Part shown: positions 63,192 through 64,000 of the stretch, piece after piece
Layout of the letters: each line of letters begins with the position of its first letter
Position numbering within the stretch: the first letter of the stretch is position 1
From: Candidatus Dojkabacteria bacterium
GTDB taxonomy: Bacteria > Patescibacteriota > Dojkabacteria > J137
Assembly (NCBI GenBank): GCA_030950485.1
Contig: JAUZRK010000015.1
Location: 2,010-66,009, forward strand
Direction of reading: 5' to 3'
DNA length: 64,000 bases
Notes under the pieces: model-generated
The model's input: only the letters and a program-made list of their open reading frames with translations
Database searches by the model: none
Told to the model about the DNA's origin: nothing
Made by a program: the position numbers and the translations under genes

Positions 63192-64000
63192 AAATTAACA
63201 AACTAACATTATTATATAGTACGATTGTTCTTTCTTACCTATACTAATACCAGCTCTTTACTTTACTAAAAGTTATGGGTTTGCTTTAAATGAGTCATTT
63301 TGGGTAATAGGCTCAATTACAGGCTTACTAGCATTTATACTTTTTTTCTGGGAATATTTATTAACTGTAAAGCCCTTAGTAAGGTTATATACTAAAGATG
63401 TAATTTCACTAATAAACTTACACAGATGGATAGGTATAAACATGCTTGTTCTTCTTTTACTCCATCCAATAGCTTTGATTTTAGAATCATTAATTAATAG
63501 AAGTGAATTACTAATAACAATAATTCCAAGTAATTCTTATAATCTATATTTAATGCTTGGAGAACTATCGTTCATTTTGTTATATCCATTTGGATAACAA
63601 GTTATTTGGCTAGAAAGAAAATGTCATATAGGATTTGGCGAATATCTCACCTTTTAACTTACTTAGTATTTCCAATCACCTTGATTCATACGATTAAGAT
63701 AGGAACATATTTTAGTAGTATTTTTATAAGTACATACATATATGTCATCTTTTCGTTATTCATACTTATAGTTTTATATAAATTTCTACACTTTGCATCA
63801 ATATTAGGGAATAGATATGTTATTACGAAGATTGAAGACATTAATTCAGAGATATATTTAGTTCATTTAAAACCTACAATAAAAAAAATTAAAATAAAGG
63901 GTGGTCAATTTATTCAGCTTAGGTTAAATCCATTTGGTGAAAGTCATCCATTTAGTGTATTAGACTTTGATGAAACTACTGGAGAGATTGCTTTAGGTAT
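63188..64000 (+). pseudogene. Ferric-reductase-like transmembrane domain plus FNR-like FAD-binding domain protein, disrupted and running off the window end
   Basis: MKINKLTLLYSTIVLSYLY, then TAA (63245..63247), then an in-frame YPALYF...LHRWIG...HP... ferric-reductase TM region. A +1 frameshift at the TTT run 63588..63590 continues WITSYLARKKMSYRIW...H... and then RYVITKIEDI...GQFIQLRL...HPFS (FAD-binding RxYS-type motif). Confidence 0.5.

Overview
This is an AT-rich (about 33% GC) bacterial chromosomal segment. It is densely coded on both strands, and essentially no gene has a Shine-Dalgarno motif upstream. From that I infer Bacteroidota-like translation initiation; this is inference only. 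Recognisable content: a LemA-family protein; tRNA-Gln(TTG); a MacB-like ABC pair (double-FtsX permease plus ATPase); a GatA-type amidase; an M20 peptidase; a type-A RNase P RNA (rnpB); a complete F1Fo ATP synthase operon (atpZ-like, atpB, atpE, atpF, atpH, atpA, atpG, an inserted CYTH-domain gene, atpD, atpC); gpmI and eno; a Ham1-like NTP pyrophosphatase; a dUTPase; a trkH/ktrB K+ transporter; tRNA-Glu(CTC); a cst-like persulfide/sulfur-detoxification cluster (CsoR/CstR-like repressor, rhodanese, thioredoxin-MBL-rhodanese fusion, secreted rhodanese); an MDR oxidoreductase; an XRE regulator with a membrane partner; a HemG-like flavodoxin; an ApbE flavin transferase followed by a ferric-reductase-like/FAD-binding membrane protein; a fused Zwf-Gnd (G6PD-6PGD) gene; and a block of giant surface proteins (a roughly 2150-aa M23-peptidase/FG-GAP protein and a roughly 1340-aa VNDAP-repeat adhesin). 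The most striking feature is that many otherwise conserved genes are interrupted. I found at least 7 single-nucleotide frameshifts at short homopolymers and at least 6 in-frame stop codons, covering all three stop types. This points either to a genome in active reductive decay or to residual consensus errors. The pattern is not explained by a genetic-code change. No CRISPR arrays, transposases or integrases were recognised.
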